Source: an uncultured Gemmatimonadales bacterium (GTDB lineage: Bacteria; Gemmatimonadota; Gemmatimonadetes; Gemmatimonadales; GWC2-71-9). From it: DNA of 64,000 nt. The stretch lies in contig CAWGED010000007.1 of the NCBI GenBank assembly GCA_963821525.1, positions 1-64,000 of the forward strand. The letters are read 5' to 3'. The notes under the pieces are model-generated. The model was given only the letters and a program-made list of their open reading frames with translations. It was not told where the DNA came from and ran no database searches. Below are positions 54,124-63,548 of this stretch, piece after piece (position 1 is the first letter of the stretch; each line of letters opens with the position of its first letter). Made by a program: the position numbers and the translations under genes.

Positions 54124-55911
54124 ATGCTCACCCTCGCCATCGCGCAGTTCCGGCCCGATAAAGGAGCGTACGCCAGGAACCTGGCGCGCCTGGGAGAGGT
54201 GTTCAAAGAGGTCGGGAAATGGCCTGATCCGCCCGGGCTGGTTGTCGCTCCGGAGTCGGCGTTGACCGGCTATTTCCTCGAAGGTGGAGTGCGGGATCTC
54301 GCCCTGCCCGCCGAGCAGCTCTTTCAGGATCTCGCCCGAGTTCACGCCGAGTCAGGTGCTCCCCCACTCGACATTTCGCTCGGCTTCTACGAGGTCTATC
54401 GCAATCACCTGCACAATTCGGCGCTGTATGCAAGCCTCGGCGGTGGCGACGCGGGAATTCGCCACGTGCATCGCAAGGTGTTTCTCCCGACCTACGGGGT
54501 GTTCGACGAGGAGCGGTTCGTCGAGCCGGGGCAGGAAGTCGCCGCATTTGATACCCGCTGGGGCAGGGCAGCCATGTTGGTTTGCGAAGACGCATGGCAT
54601 TCGCTGACTCCGACTCTCGCGGCTCTGGATGGGGCACAACTCATCATCGTTCCCAGTGCTACTCCGGCTCGTGGCATCACCGCGCCTGGCAACGGAGGCA
54701 GGCCCGCCAACCTCGATCGCTGGGATCGGTTGGCACAGGGGATTGCCGAGGAGCACGGCGTATTCGTCGTGGTAACTCACCTGGTCGGTTTCGAGGGGGG
54801 GAAGGGATTTGTTGGAGGGTCCGTGCTGGTCAATCCCCGAGGCCAGGCGATAGTTCACGCTCCGCTGTTTGAGCCCGCTACCGTCCCGGCTGTCATCGAC
54901 TTCGAGGAGATCACTCGAGCCCGGGCCGAGACGCCGTTGCTATCTGACCTCAGGCTTCGGCTGCCGCACTTGCTCGCGTCGCTGGCGGAAACCAGGGATG
55001 GGGGAAAGGAAGACGGGGACGAGCCCGAGGCGCCGGGGGTGAAGAGCGCCGTCGCGACTCCTTCACGGAAGGTCTCGCGTCCGCCGCGACCGGTGGATTC
55101 TCTGGCGATCGATCCCGGCCTCACCCGCCGCTGGCTCGTGGAATTCATCAGAGATGAAGTTCAGCGGCGGCGCCGGTTCTCCAACGTGGTCATCGGCCTC
55201 TCGGGCGGCGTGGACAGCGCGCTGGTCGCCTTCCTGGCCGCCGAGGCCTTGGGCAAGGAAAATGTTACTGCCGTGCGAATGCCCTACCGAACCTCGAGTC
55301 CCGACAGCCTGGAGCACGCCCAGCTGGTGATAGACCAGCTGGGAATTCGGAGCCGGACGGTGGATATCAGCGCCGCGGTGGATGGACTCGTCGCCGCGAT
55401 AGGAGGCGACTCGTCGCCTTCCCGCAAGGGAAACGTCATGGCCCGGATGCGAATGATCACGCTCTTCGATCTCTCCGCAGAGCTTGACGCGTTGCCGCTG
55501 GGAACCGGAAACAAGACCGAGCGGTTGCTGGGCTACTTTACCTGGCACGCCGACGATTCACCGCCGGTCAATCCGATCGGCGATCTGTTCAAGACGCAGG
55601 TCTGGGCGTTGGCCCGCTTCGTCAAGGTGCCGGAAGTGATCGTCACCAAGCCCGCGAGCGCCGATCTGATCAAGGGGCAGACCGACGAAGGCGATTTCGG
55701 AATCTCCTATCCCAAGGCAGACCAGATCCTCCACGGCCTCTTGACCGGACTCCGTCCGGAAGAGATCGTCGCCCAGGGACTGACCCGGGAGGAGGTGGAG
55801 CTGGTCCGCAAACGCCTCGAGTCCACTCACTGGAAGCGCCGCCTGCCGACCGTGGCCATGCTGTCGCAGACGGCGATTGGGGAGTATTACTTGAGGCCGG
55901 TTGATTTCTAA
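54124..55911 (+). CDS. nadE: Glutamine-dependent NAD+ synthetase
   Basis: Nitrilase domain (PES, RKVFLP, CED) plus GLSGGVDS, ARMRM, GTGNKTE, PIGDLFKT. Confidence 0.95.
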   Translation: MLTLAIAQFRPDKGAYARNLARLGEVFKEVGKWPDPPGLVVAPESALTGYFLEGGVRDLALPAEQLFQDLARVHAESGAPPLDISLGFYEVYRNHLHNSALYASLGGGDAGIRHVHRKVFLPTYGVFDEERFVEPGQEVAAFDTRWGRAAMLVCEDAWHSLTPTLAALDGAQLIIVPSATPARGITAPGNGGRPANLDRWDRLAQGIAEEHGVFVVVTHLVGFEGGKGFVGGSVLVNPRGQAIVHAPLFEPATVPAVIDFEEITRARAETPLLSDLRLRLPHLLASLAETRDGGKEDGDEPEAPGVKSAVATPSRKVSRPPRPVDSLAIDPGLTRRWLVEFIRDEVQRRRRFSNVVIGLSGGVDSALVAFLAAEALGKENVTAVRMPYRTSSPDSLEHAQLVIDQLGIRSRTVDISAAVDGLVAAIGGDSSPSRKGNVMARMRMITLFDLSAELDALPLGTGNKTERLLGYFTWHADDSPPVNPIGDLFKTQVWALARFVKVPEVIVTKPASADLIKGQTDEGDFGISYPKADQILHGLLTGLRPEEIVAQGLTREEVELVRKRLESTHWKRRLPTVAMLSQTAIGEYYLRPVDF

Positions 55912-55915
55912 GGGC

Positions 55916-56412
55916 GTGAGCGGTGAGCGGTAAGCGGTGAGCGGGCAGTCAGCGAGTCGCTTTCTTTCCAGTCTCGCGATGAAGCAGTCCTAGCAGCAGT
56001 CGCTGGGATCGTTGAGAACTGGCTTTGATTTGCTCGATTTCGTCCCTTTCATTCGGCAGGAACTCGGCTAAATGCTCAAGTAGCTCATTGGTCTCGATTG
56101 CAGATCCGTAGGCGATACGCAGGTGACGGCAGAACAACGATGGTCTGGAAAGCGCATACCCTTCGGCAATATTCAACTGTACCGATAGAGCGAACGTTGT
56201 AGTTGGTCATAGACGGCCTTCAGGTGAGGTCGCCAATGGGTCTGTGCGAGGAGGATAACTCTCTGGCTGACCTTTCTAGCTTCCTGCCAGGCGAACAAGC
56301 TGGTATGGTCTCTCATGGGTTCACCAATCCAAGCAGGTGAACATGGCTATCCAAGCCACGCAATTGAGGACCCAAAACGCCGCCCGCTCACCGTTCACCG
56401 CTCACCGCTCAC
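55916..56412. mobile_element. Candidate cassette: four-helix-bundle gene bracketed by 31-bp inverted heptamer arrays
   Basis: Left 55916-55946 gtgagcg gtgagcg gtaagcg gtgagcg ggc; right 56382-56412 gcc cgctcac cgttcac cgctcac cgctcac; 29/31 complementary. Mobility is inferred. Confidence 0.6.
55949..56316 (-). CDS. Four helix bundle protein (23S rRNA IVS protein family, Avd-like fold); frameshift near 56191
   Basis: MRDHTSLFAWQEAR...YDQLQRS/ALSVQLNIAEGY...FCRHLRIAYGSAIET: family signature. Confidence 0.9.
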
Positions 56413-56417
56413 CGAAC

Positions 56418-56879
56418 ATGACGCCCGACTCTCACCCCATGTCCTTCAGCCGATCCGAGCTGACCTCGCTCGTGATGCCTCACATGCAGAATGTCCTGGG
56501 TGATCTGTTCGGCGGGCATCTGCTGGCGATGGTGGATCAGGCCGCCGCGGTGGCGGCGATACGGCATGCGGGTGGTCCGGCGGTCACGGCGAGGATGGAT
56601 CGGGTGGATTTCCGGGAGCGGATCCCCGTCGGCGCTCTGGTCACCTGTGCCGCCGCCGTGGACTATGTGGGCAACTCCTCCATGCACGTCTCGGTGGACG
56701 TCTTCGCCGAGAACGTCGCCACGGGTCATCGGCGCCACACCCATACCGCCTCGGTCATCTTCGTCGCGATCGATGAGAACGGGAAACCCAAGCGGGTTCC
56801 GCGGCTCATTCCCGAGACTCCGGAAGAACAGGAACGCTACGATCGGGCCCGGCTCATGGCCGAGAAGAGGCAGGCGTGA
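56418..56879 (+). CDS. Acyl-CoA thioesterase (hotdog fold)
   Basis: NVLGDLFGGHLLAMVDQAA, VTARMD, VGNSSM. Confidence 0.92.
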   Translation: MTPDSHPMSFSRSELTSLVMPHMQNVLGDLFGGHLLAMVDQAAAVAAIRHAGGPAVTARMDRVDFRERIPVGALVTCAAAVDYVGNSSMHVSVDVFAENVATGHRRHTHTASVIFVAIDENGKPKRVPRLIPETPEEQERYDRARLMAEKRQA

Positions 56880-57712
56880 GTACCGGCAAGGTGGTGCTGG
56901 TCCTGAGCGGGGGAGGGGCCAGGGCGGCGGCGCAGATCGGCGTCATGCAGGCGCTGCTAGCGGGTGGCATCGCGCCCACGAACTTCGTCGGCACCTCGAT
57001 GGGTGCGGTGATCGCGGCGATGTTCGCCTCGGGCATGTCTCCCGATGAGGCGATCCTCCGCGTGGGCGGACTGGAAAACCGGGATGTGGTGCACGCCAGC
57101 CGGTTGTCCCTGCTCCGAGGTCTCTGGTCTCGAAAGATCCTCGAGGAGGCCCCGCTCCGGGCCGCGATCAAGCGCCTGGTCCCCGCGGAACGATTCTCCG
57201 ACCTCAGGTACCGGCTCACGGTGACTGCCACCGACATCGATTCCGGCGGTCTCATGTGCTTCGGCGAGGGCGGCGCCGAGGCGCCGCTGCAGGACGCGTT
57301 GTACGCGAGCTGCGCATTGCCTCTGTTCTATCCTCCGGCAAATATCGGCGTTCGCCGCTTCGCCGATGGTGGCCTTCGTGCTGTGCTGCCGCTTCAGGTG
57401 GCGGCCTGGTTCGAACCGGGCTTGGTAGTGGCGGTGGACGTTGGCCCCGGGTTCGACGAGACCCCGCCGGTCGACGGACCGAGTTTTCCACCGGTGGTCG
57501 AAACCCACAACAACAGCACCCGGATCCTGATGGCGAACCAGACCGCCCAGGCGATCTCGCTCTGGAAGCTCACGCCCGATCGTCCGCCCCTGGTCTACAT
57601 CCGTCCTCCCGCCGAGCGTGGTGCTACCTTCCGTCTCGACCTGATCCGGCGCTATGTGGAGGAGGGTCGTGAGGCGGCCCTGAAGGCATTGTCGGACTTG
57701 ATTCCGTCGTGA
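56876..57712 (+). CDS. Patatin-like phospholipase
   Basis: LSGGGAR, GTSMG, DGG. Confidence 0.92.
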   Translation: MSTGKVVLVLSGGGARAAAQIGVMQALLAGGIAPTNFVGTSMGAVIAAMFASGMSPDEAILRVGGLENRDVVHASRLSLLRGLWSRKILEEAPLRAAIKRLVPAERFSDLRYRLTVTATDIDSGGLMCFGEGGAEAPLQDALYASCALPLFYPPANIGVRRFADGGLRAVLPLQVAAWFEPGLVVAVDVGPGFDETPPVDGPSFPPVVETHNNSTRILMANQTAQAISLWKLTPDRPPLVYIRPPAERGATFRLDLIRRYVEEGREAALKALSDLIPS

Positions 57713-57754
57713 GGGTGAGCAGATTCGGAATTACCTATTAACCTGATTCGGGCA

Positions 57755-58162
57755 ATGCGCGCTTCTGAAGTGATGGTTCCAAATCCTTTCGTCGCTGTCG
57801 CCAATGCATCAGCGAGCGAAGTGGCGATCATGTTCCGCAGCCGCAATATCTCCGTGGTGCCGGTGGTGGACGACCATCGCACCCGGCGCTTCCTCGGCGT
57901 CCTGAGCGATCGCGATCTGGTGACCCGCTGTCTCGCGGCGGGGAACGATCCCCTGTATACCCGGGCCGATGCGCTGATGCGTACCGACAGTTGCGTCGTG
58001 AATCCGGATCAGGATCTCGAGGGATTCGTCTTGAAAATGAACCAGGACGCCAGCGAGTCTCATCTGCGGGCGACCATCACCGTGATCGACGGCGACCACC
58101 GGGTCGTGGGCTTCATCAGCCACCCCGAAGATGTCGCCGGGATCACCATCATCTGGTCCTGA
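57755..58162 (+). CDS. CBS domain protein
   Basis: VPVVDD...GVLSDRDL; second CBS VVGFIS. Confidence 0.85.
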   Translation: MRASEVMVPNPFVAVANASASEVAIMFRSRNISVVPVVDDHRTRRFLGVLSDRDLVTRCLAAGNDPLYTRADALMRTDSCVVNPDQDLEGFVLKMNQDASESHLRATITVIDGDHRVVGFISHPEDVAGITIIWS

Positions 58163-58163
58163 C

Positions 58164-58590
58164 GTGGGAACCCCCAGGATCTTCACCGTGGCCGAGGCAG
58201 AGAGGACCTTGCCGTTGGTGCGCCACATCGTGGGAGATCTGCTGCTGGCGTATCCGCGAGTGGCGCGAGGCGCTGGCGCGCTACGAACTGCTCACCGGGC
58301 CGGCCCGCGCCGAGTGGGGTGAGACCCAGGAACTGCTGGCCGCGCGCGAGGCGGTGACCAGCCAAGCCGAGCGAATCCACAAGTACCTGGAGGAGCTCGA
58401 TCAGATCGGGTGCGTGTTCAAGGGATTCGAGGCAGGGCTGGTGGATTTCTACGCCCTGCGCGAGGATCGTCTGGTCTTTCTCTGCTGGAAGCTCGGCGAG
58501 GAGCGGATCACCCACTGGCACGACATCGACGCCGGCTTCGCCGGACGCCATCCGATTGACAACACCATGCTCAGCGAGACGATTGCCTGA
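58164..58590 (+). CDS. DUF2203 domain protein (frameshift near 58255)
   Basis: FTVAEAERTLPLV; KGFEAGLVDF, LCWKLGE, WHDIDAGFAGR. Confidence 0.85.
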
Positions 58591-59039
58591 TGCGAATCTG
58601 GATTCTGCTGCATATCGCGGGCTTCGTGGCCTGGATGGGTGGGGGCTTTTCGAACATGCTGATGGGCATCATGGCACGGCAGGAGGATCGCGCGACCCAG
58701 GGTGCTATTGCCCGCCTGCAGGCCCAGGTGGGTCGCCGGCTGATGGGGCCGGGGGCGCTGGTCGCCGTGATCTCCGGCGTGTACCTCAGCATCGTCGTCA
58801 TGCGCTCGGGCACCACGCCATCCGCCTGGCTCATGCTCATGCAGGGTGCCGGCCTCGTGGCCGCACTCATCGTGCTCTTCGTTCTGCTGCCCAACGGCGC
58901 CCGACTGGGCAGAACCAACCCGACCGGCCAGACCGCACCGCTGTTCGACGCGCTGAAGAAGCGGCAGGCGATCGCGGGGAGTATTGCGGGGACGCTGGGT
59001 CTCTTGGCCCTGCTCGGGGGAGTGTTTTCGAAATACTGA
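58590..59039 (+). CDS. Membrane protein (DUF2269-like)
   Basis: Four TM segments, LHI...WMGG, C-terminal K. Confidence 0.65.
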   Translation: MRIWILLHIAGFVAWMGGGFSNMLMGIMARQEDRATQGAIARLQAQVGRRLMGPGALVAVISGVYLSIVVMRSGTTPSAWLMLMQGAGLVAALIVLFVLLPNGARLGRTNPTGQTAPLFDALKKRQAIAGSIAGTLGLLALLGGVFSKY

Positions 59040-59157
59040 GTACCGAGTACCTAGTACCGAGTACCTAGAATGCCAGACCGTAACTCGATCTCGTGAGGAA
59101 CTCCGAGGATAGGGCCCCGCTGCTTACTCGGTACTCGGTACTAGGTACCCGGTACTC
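59034..59157. repeat. Inverted pair of heptamer arrays (TACCGAG left / TACTCGG right), empty
   Basis: 59038-59068 versus 59127-59157: 29/31 complementary, 58-bp spacer. Confidence 0.96.
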
Positions 59158-60340
59158 TAACAGGCACAATGCTGTTCGTCGCCCCCGCTCCCAGCTCACC
59201 GCGCGTCCCCTGTCCCCAGCAGTAGACTCCGCCGCTCGTCGAATTGCCGCAGTAGGTCGCCGTTTCGCCCCAGATCCGGGAGAACTCGACTCCGCCGCCT
59301 ACGGCGACCGGCGTGTCGAAGCGGAAGGTGCTCCCGATCGGCGTGGTTCCGACCTCGCCAGCTCCGTTGACGCCCCAGCAGTAGGGATCTCCCGCCGCGG
59401 TGAGACCGCACTCGGTGACCCGGGCTGATTCGATCGTCTCGAACTTGAGGGAGGTGTTCACCGGGTTGGGGACGTAATACTTGAGGTCGCCGGAGTTGAG
59501 CAGTGGCAGCACGTCGATCCCCCAGCACCACGGAGTCCCGTCTCCGGTGAGCCCGCAGGTGTGAAGTCCGCCGGCACTCACCTGCCGGAAGCGAAGACCG
59601 CCCGCGACCGGAAGAGGCTCCTCGACATACTCGATCACACTGTCGGCGCCGAGCTGGCCCTGGTGGTTGATGCCCCAGCACCAGGCCTGGCCGTCATCGG
59701 TGAGGCCGCAGGCATGGCCGCTGCCGCTGACGCTGATTCGCGCGAAATGATGGCCCCCGGAGACGGCGACCGGCGCTCGACTGCAGGGACCATCGGGACA
59801 ATTCTCCGGCGCCGGAGTTCCCAACTGGCCGAAGTCGCTCAGTCCCCAGCACCATGCCGATCCGTCGGCGGTGAGGCCGCAGGTCTCCTGACCGCTCGCT
59901 GCGAGGGTGGTGAAGACGATGTTGCCGGCTACGGGAGTCGGTGAGGTCGCGCAGGGAGAGCCTCCGCAGTCTCCCGTTGCCGCGCTCCCCCCGCCGAGTT
60001 GACCGTTCTGGTCCAGTCCCCAGCAGAGGGCGGCACCCTGAAGAGTGAGGCCGCAGGTGTGATACTTCCCGGCGACGAGTGCGGTGAAGATGTTTTGTCC
60101 GCTGACGAGTGCCGGACCGGCCTTGGCGGGCGTTGAATCTCCACCCAACTGGCCTTCGGATCCTCGGCCCCAACAGACGGCGAGACCGGATCCGTCAATC
60201 ACGCAGTTGTGGGCATCTCCTGCGGCGACGGTGGTATTGATCGGGTCGAGACCGGTGAATCCATCGTCGGAATTACTGGTCCCCTCGCAGGCGAGGAGCG
60301 TGACAAGGGCCAGGGCGAGTTGGCTACGACAGGGAATCAT
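59141..60340 (-). CDS. RCC1/BLIP-II repeat lipoprotein
   Basis: LLAC lipobox; seven AG..HTCGLT..G...CWG...GQLG-type repeats. Confidence 0.92.
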   Translation of the reverse strand: MIPCRSQLALALVTLLACEGTSNSDDGFTGLDPINTTVAAGDAHNCVIDGSGLAVCWGRGSEGQLGGDSTPAKAGPALVSGQNIFTALVAGKYHTCGLTLQGAALCWGLDQNGQLGGGSAATGDCGGSPCATSPTPVAGNIVFTTLAASGQETCGLTADGSAWCWGLSDFGQLGTPAPENCPDGPCSRAPVAVSGGHHFARISVSGSGHACGLTDDGQAWCWGINHQGQLGADSVIEYVEEPLPVAGGLRFRQVSAGGLHTCGLTGDGTPWCWGIDVLPLLNSGDLKYYVPNPVNTSLKFETIESARVTECGLTAAGDPYCWGVNGAGEVGTTPIGSTFRFDTPVAVGGGVEFSRIWGETATYCGNSTSGGVYCWGQGTRGELGAGATNSIVPVRVPGT

Positions 60341-60343
60341 GGG

Positions 60344-61036
60344 CTAGTCCAGGGATGATGTGGCCGGCTGCCACCTCCTTCCTGACGCACAGACCGCCCT
60401 GACCGGACACATCCCGCAGCGCGCGATCCGGGCAGTACAGACTCGCGCTCCCAGTTCCATGATCGCCTGGTTGAAGGTCCAGGCTGGGTTGCCTCGTTTG
60501 GGCACCAAGGCCTGGGCCGTGTTCCAAATCTTCCGAAAGCCCCTGGACCCGGAGGCCCGCGGATGGAAGGCACGGCGAATCACCCGCGCCACGTTGGTGT
60601 CCACGGTGGGCGTTGCGTGCTCGAAGGCGAAGCAGGCGACCGCACCGGCGGTGTATTGCCCGACACCGGGCAGTCGCTTGAGCGATTCCAGGTCGTCCGG
60701 GACCCTGCCGCCGTGATCCGCCACGACGACCTGAGCCAGCCGGTGCAGGTTTACGGCACGCCGGTAGTAACCCAGTCCTTCCCAGCTCTCCCGCACCTTG
60801 GCCGGATGAGCGCGCGCGAGGGCGTGAATCGTGGGATAACGCCGGAGAAACTTTCCGTAGTAGAGCTCGACCCGCGACACCTGCGTCTGCTGGAGCATGA
60901 ACTCGGAGACCAGTACTTCATACGGATCGCGCGTGTTGCGCCAGGGGAGGTCGCGACCGGTACGCCGGTACCAGCGGGTGAGGCGGTTGCGGAAGGTCTG
61001 GTATTCGGGTGTGGGCATGGTCGCAGCCAAAACCAT
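60344..61036 (-). CDS. mutY: A/G-specific adenine glycosylase, short form
   Basis: RDLPWR, VSEFMLQQTQV, WEGLGYY, LPGVGQYTAGA, VDTNVAR, C-x6-C-x2-C-x5-C Fe-S motif. Confidence 0.92.
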   Translation of the reverse strand: MVLAATMPTPEYQTFRNRLTRWYRRTGRDLPWRNTRDPYEVLVSEFMLQQTQVSRVELYYGKFLRRYPTIHALARAHPAKVRESWEGLGYYRRAVNLHRLAQVVVADHGGRVPDDLESLKRLPGVGQYTAGAVACFAFEHATPTVDTNVARVIRRAFHPRASGSRGFRKIWNTAQALVPKRGNPAWTFNQAIMELGARVCTARIARCGMCPVRAVCASGRRWQPATSSLD

Positions 61037-61088
61037 AAGGCAGGAGGGTACGGTGTGCTATCTGCCGGTACGCTGTAGCTTATAGCCC

Positions 61089-61883
61089 ATGACCGCACCG
61101 TCCACCACGCTGGATCTACGGCGCCCCGTCGGCAAGTATGTCCTGAGCGCCCTGGCGCACGTCGGCCGGCTGAGCCTGATGGTCGGGGAGATGGCCCGGA
61201 ACATCGGTGAGTGGCGAATCTGGCTGCCCCGCACCATCACCGAAATGTGGAATATCGGCGTCGGGAGCTTTCCGATCGTGGTGTTAGTCTCCGGCTTCGC
61301 CGGCGCCGTGACAGCTCTGCAGACCGGCTATCAGTTCAGCGGCAACATCCCCTACTACGTTGTCGGCACGCTCATCGTCGAGTCCATCGTGCTCGAGTTG
61401 GGCCCGGTGCTGACGGCGCTGGTGCTGGCGGGCCGAATCGGGGCCCGCTACGCGGCCGAGCTTGGCACCATGCGGGTGACCGAGCAGATCGACGCGCTGG
61501 AGACGCTGGGGCGCTCACCCGCCTCCCACCTGGTCATCCCCCGTGTGCTGGCCGGGGCGATCATGATTCCGGTGCTCGTGGTCATCGCCAACGTGGTCGG
61601 TGTCTACGCGGGCTGGGTCTCGGTGCAGGCCGTCCTGCCGGTGACCGATGCCGACTTCACCTATGGTGCCCGGGTCTTCTGGCGTCCGTTCGACGCGTAC
61701 TACTCGATCATCAAGGCGTTCGCCTTCGCCAATTGTATCACCATCATCTCCTGCTACATGGGATTCAACACCCAGCAGGGTGCGGAGGGCGTGGGGAAAT
61801 CCACCACCGGGGCCGTGGTCTCGAGCTGCGTCATGATTCTGCTGCTCGACACCATGCTGGCCAAGCTGCTGCTCAACCAATGA
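61089..61883 (+). CDS. mlaE: MlaE family ABC permease
   Basis: ELGPVLTAL, AELGTMRVTEQIDAL, GAEGVG. Confidence 0.94.
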   Translation: MTAPSTTLDLRRPVGKYVLSALAHVGRLSLMVGEMARNIGEWRIWLPRTITEMWNIGVGSFPIVVLVSGFAGAVTALQTGYQFSGNIPYYVVGTLIVESIVLELGPVLTALVLAGRIGARYAAELGTMRVTEQIDALETLGRSPASHLVIPRVLAGAIMIPVLVVIANVVGVYAGWVSVQAVLPVTDADFTYGARVFWRPFDAYYSIIKAFAFANCITIISCYMGFNTQQGAEGVGKSTTGAVVSSCVMILLLDTMLAKLLLNQ

Positions 61884-62632
61884 TCGAACTTCGCGACGTA
61901 TACAAGCGGTTCGGGACGCAGGTGATCCTGGACGGGGTGAACCTGACGGTGAAGGAGGGGGAGACCCTCGCCTTGCTCGGGCCCTCAGGAACGGGTAAGA
62001 GTGTTCTCCTCAAGCACATCGTGGGACTGATCCGGCCCGACAGGGGACAAGTCATCGTGGACGGGAAGGAGGTTCGCAAGCTCAACCGTCATGACCTCCG
62101 GGATTTGCGGGAGACTATCGGTTATGTCTTTCAGAACGGCGCCCTGTTTGATTCGCAGTCGGTCTTCGAGAATATCCGGCTGGGGATCACTGACGAGGCG
62201 AAGTATCTGGACGACGACTATTGCCACGAACGGGTCACGCGTTGCCTCAAGATGGTCAACCTCTCGCCCGAAACTGCCGACAAGTATCCGGCGCAACTAT
62301 CCGGAGGGATGCGGAAGCGAGTGGGGATCTCGCGCGCCATTGCGGGCACTCCCAAGTACCTGCTCTATGACGAACCGACCTCGGGCCTCGACCCGGTCAA
62401 TTCCGACATCATCGACGACCTGGTGAAAAGCCTCGCCGACGAACTCGGTGTCACCAGCATCATGGTCACCCACGACGTGAAGGGATCCTTCCGGACCGCG
62501 GACCGGATAGCCCTCCTCACCCATGGAAAGATCGTGCAGATCGGCACCCCCAAGGAGTTCATGGCCTCGACCGTGCCCGAAGTTCGCGAGTTCCTGGAGC
62601 GAGACTTCGGCAACGTCACCTTCGCCGCCTGA
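61880..62632 (+). CDS. mlaF: MlaF family ABC ATPase
   Basis: GPSGTGKS, FQNGALFDS, LSGGMRKR, LYDEPTSGLDP. Confidence 0.94.
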   Translation: MIELRDVYKRFGTQVILDGVNLTVKEGETLALLGPSGTGKSVLLKHIVGLIRPDRGQVIVDGKEVRKLNRHDLRDLRETIGYVFQNGALFDSQSVFENIRLGITDEAKYLDDDYCHERVTRCLKMVNLSPETADKYPAQLSGGMRKRVGISRAIAGTPKYLLYDEPTSGLDPVNSDIIDDLVKSLADELGVTSIMVTHDVKGSFRTADRIALLTHGKIVQIGTPKEFMASTVPEVREFLERDFGNVTFAA

Positions 62633-62639
62633 GTAGCCA

Positions 62640-63527
62640 ATGGATCTGAACTACAAGCAGGAAATTGCCGTCGGCACCCTGGTTCTGGTCGGCATCGCGC
62701 TCTTCATCGCCGGCACCACGTGGCTCAAGGGGACCAAGATCGGCCGGGAACGCCTGGTCCGGGTCGAGTTCGCCGATGTCGGGTCGCTCAAGGTCGGTGG
62801 CGACGTGACGGTCTCAGGAGTGTCCCAGGGCAGGGTGAAAAGGATCGAGCTGGAGCCCAACAGCCGGGTCCTGGTCTCCTTCAGCGTGCCGCCCACGGTG
62901 GTGCCCAAGGTGGATGCCACGGCCAAGATCTCGGCGGGATTCTTCAGCGCCGATTCCCGGGTGCTGTTCAATCCGGGCAGCGATGGCGCTCCCGCCCTTG
63001 CGGAGGATCAGGTGCTTCAGGGAGCGATGGACGAGGGGATCACCGGCAAATTCGCGGGCCTGGGAGACCGGGCCGATTCGGTGATGATCGGCCTGCAGGC
63101 CATTGCCAACCAGCGCACCGCAGACGACCTGCACACGACGCTCGTCGCCATGCAAAGGGCACTCAACGCCATGGAGAGCCGGCTCAAGACGAGTGGAGAC
63201 GAGGCGGAAAAGACCATGCGCTCACTGCAGGCGCTCTCGGCCCGCCTCGACACCACCGTTCAGACCCTGCCGCTCAAGTCCGCCATCAGCAACGCGGACA
63301 CCCTGACCCGCAACCTCTCGGCGATGTCGGTTCAACTCAAGAACGCCGGCAGCCGACTCGACACGCTGCTCGCAGGCATCAACGCCGGACAGGGAACCTT
63401 GGGCAAGTTCGCCACCGATTCAGGGCTCTATTACGACATGCGCGCGGTGAGTCAGAGTCTCAAGAACCTGATTGACGAGCTGAACAAGCATCCGGGGAAG
63501 GTGACGGTGCAGGTCAAGATGTTTTGA
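62640..63527 (+). CDS. mlaD: MCE/MlaD family protein
   Basis: N-terminal TM, F.DVGSLKVGGDVTVSGV..GRV, helical C-terminus GTLGK...D..LY. Confidence 0.9.
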   Translation: MDLNYKQEIAVGTLVLVGIALFIAGTTWLKGTKIGRERLVRVEFADVGSLKVGGDVTVSGVSQGRVKRIELEPNSRVLVSFSVPPTVVPKVDATAKISAGFFSADSRVLFNPGSDGAPALAEDQVLQGAMDEGITGKFAGLGDRADSVMIGLQAIANQRTADDLHTTLVAMQRALNAMESRLKTSGDEAEKTMRSLQALSARLDTTVQTLPLKSAISNADTLTRNLSAMSVQLKNAGSRLDTLLAGINAGQGTLGKFATDSGLYYDMRAVSQSLKNLIDELNKHPGKVTVQVKMF

Positions 63528-63548
63528 CCGGGGGACGGGAGACGGCTT

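Noticed and set aside
55949..56316. Diversity-generating retroelement (Avd-like gene)
   Set aside because: No reverse transcriptase and no TR/VR repeat pair seen in the window.
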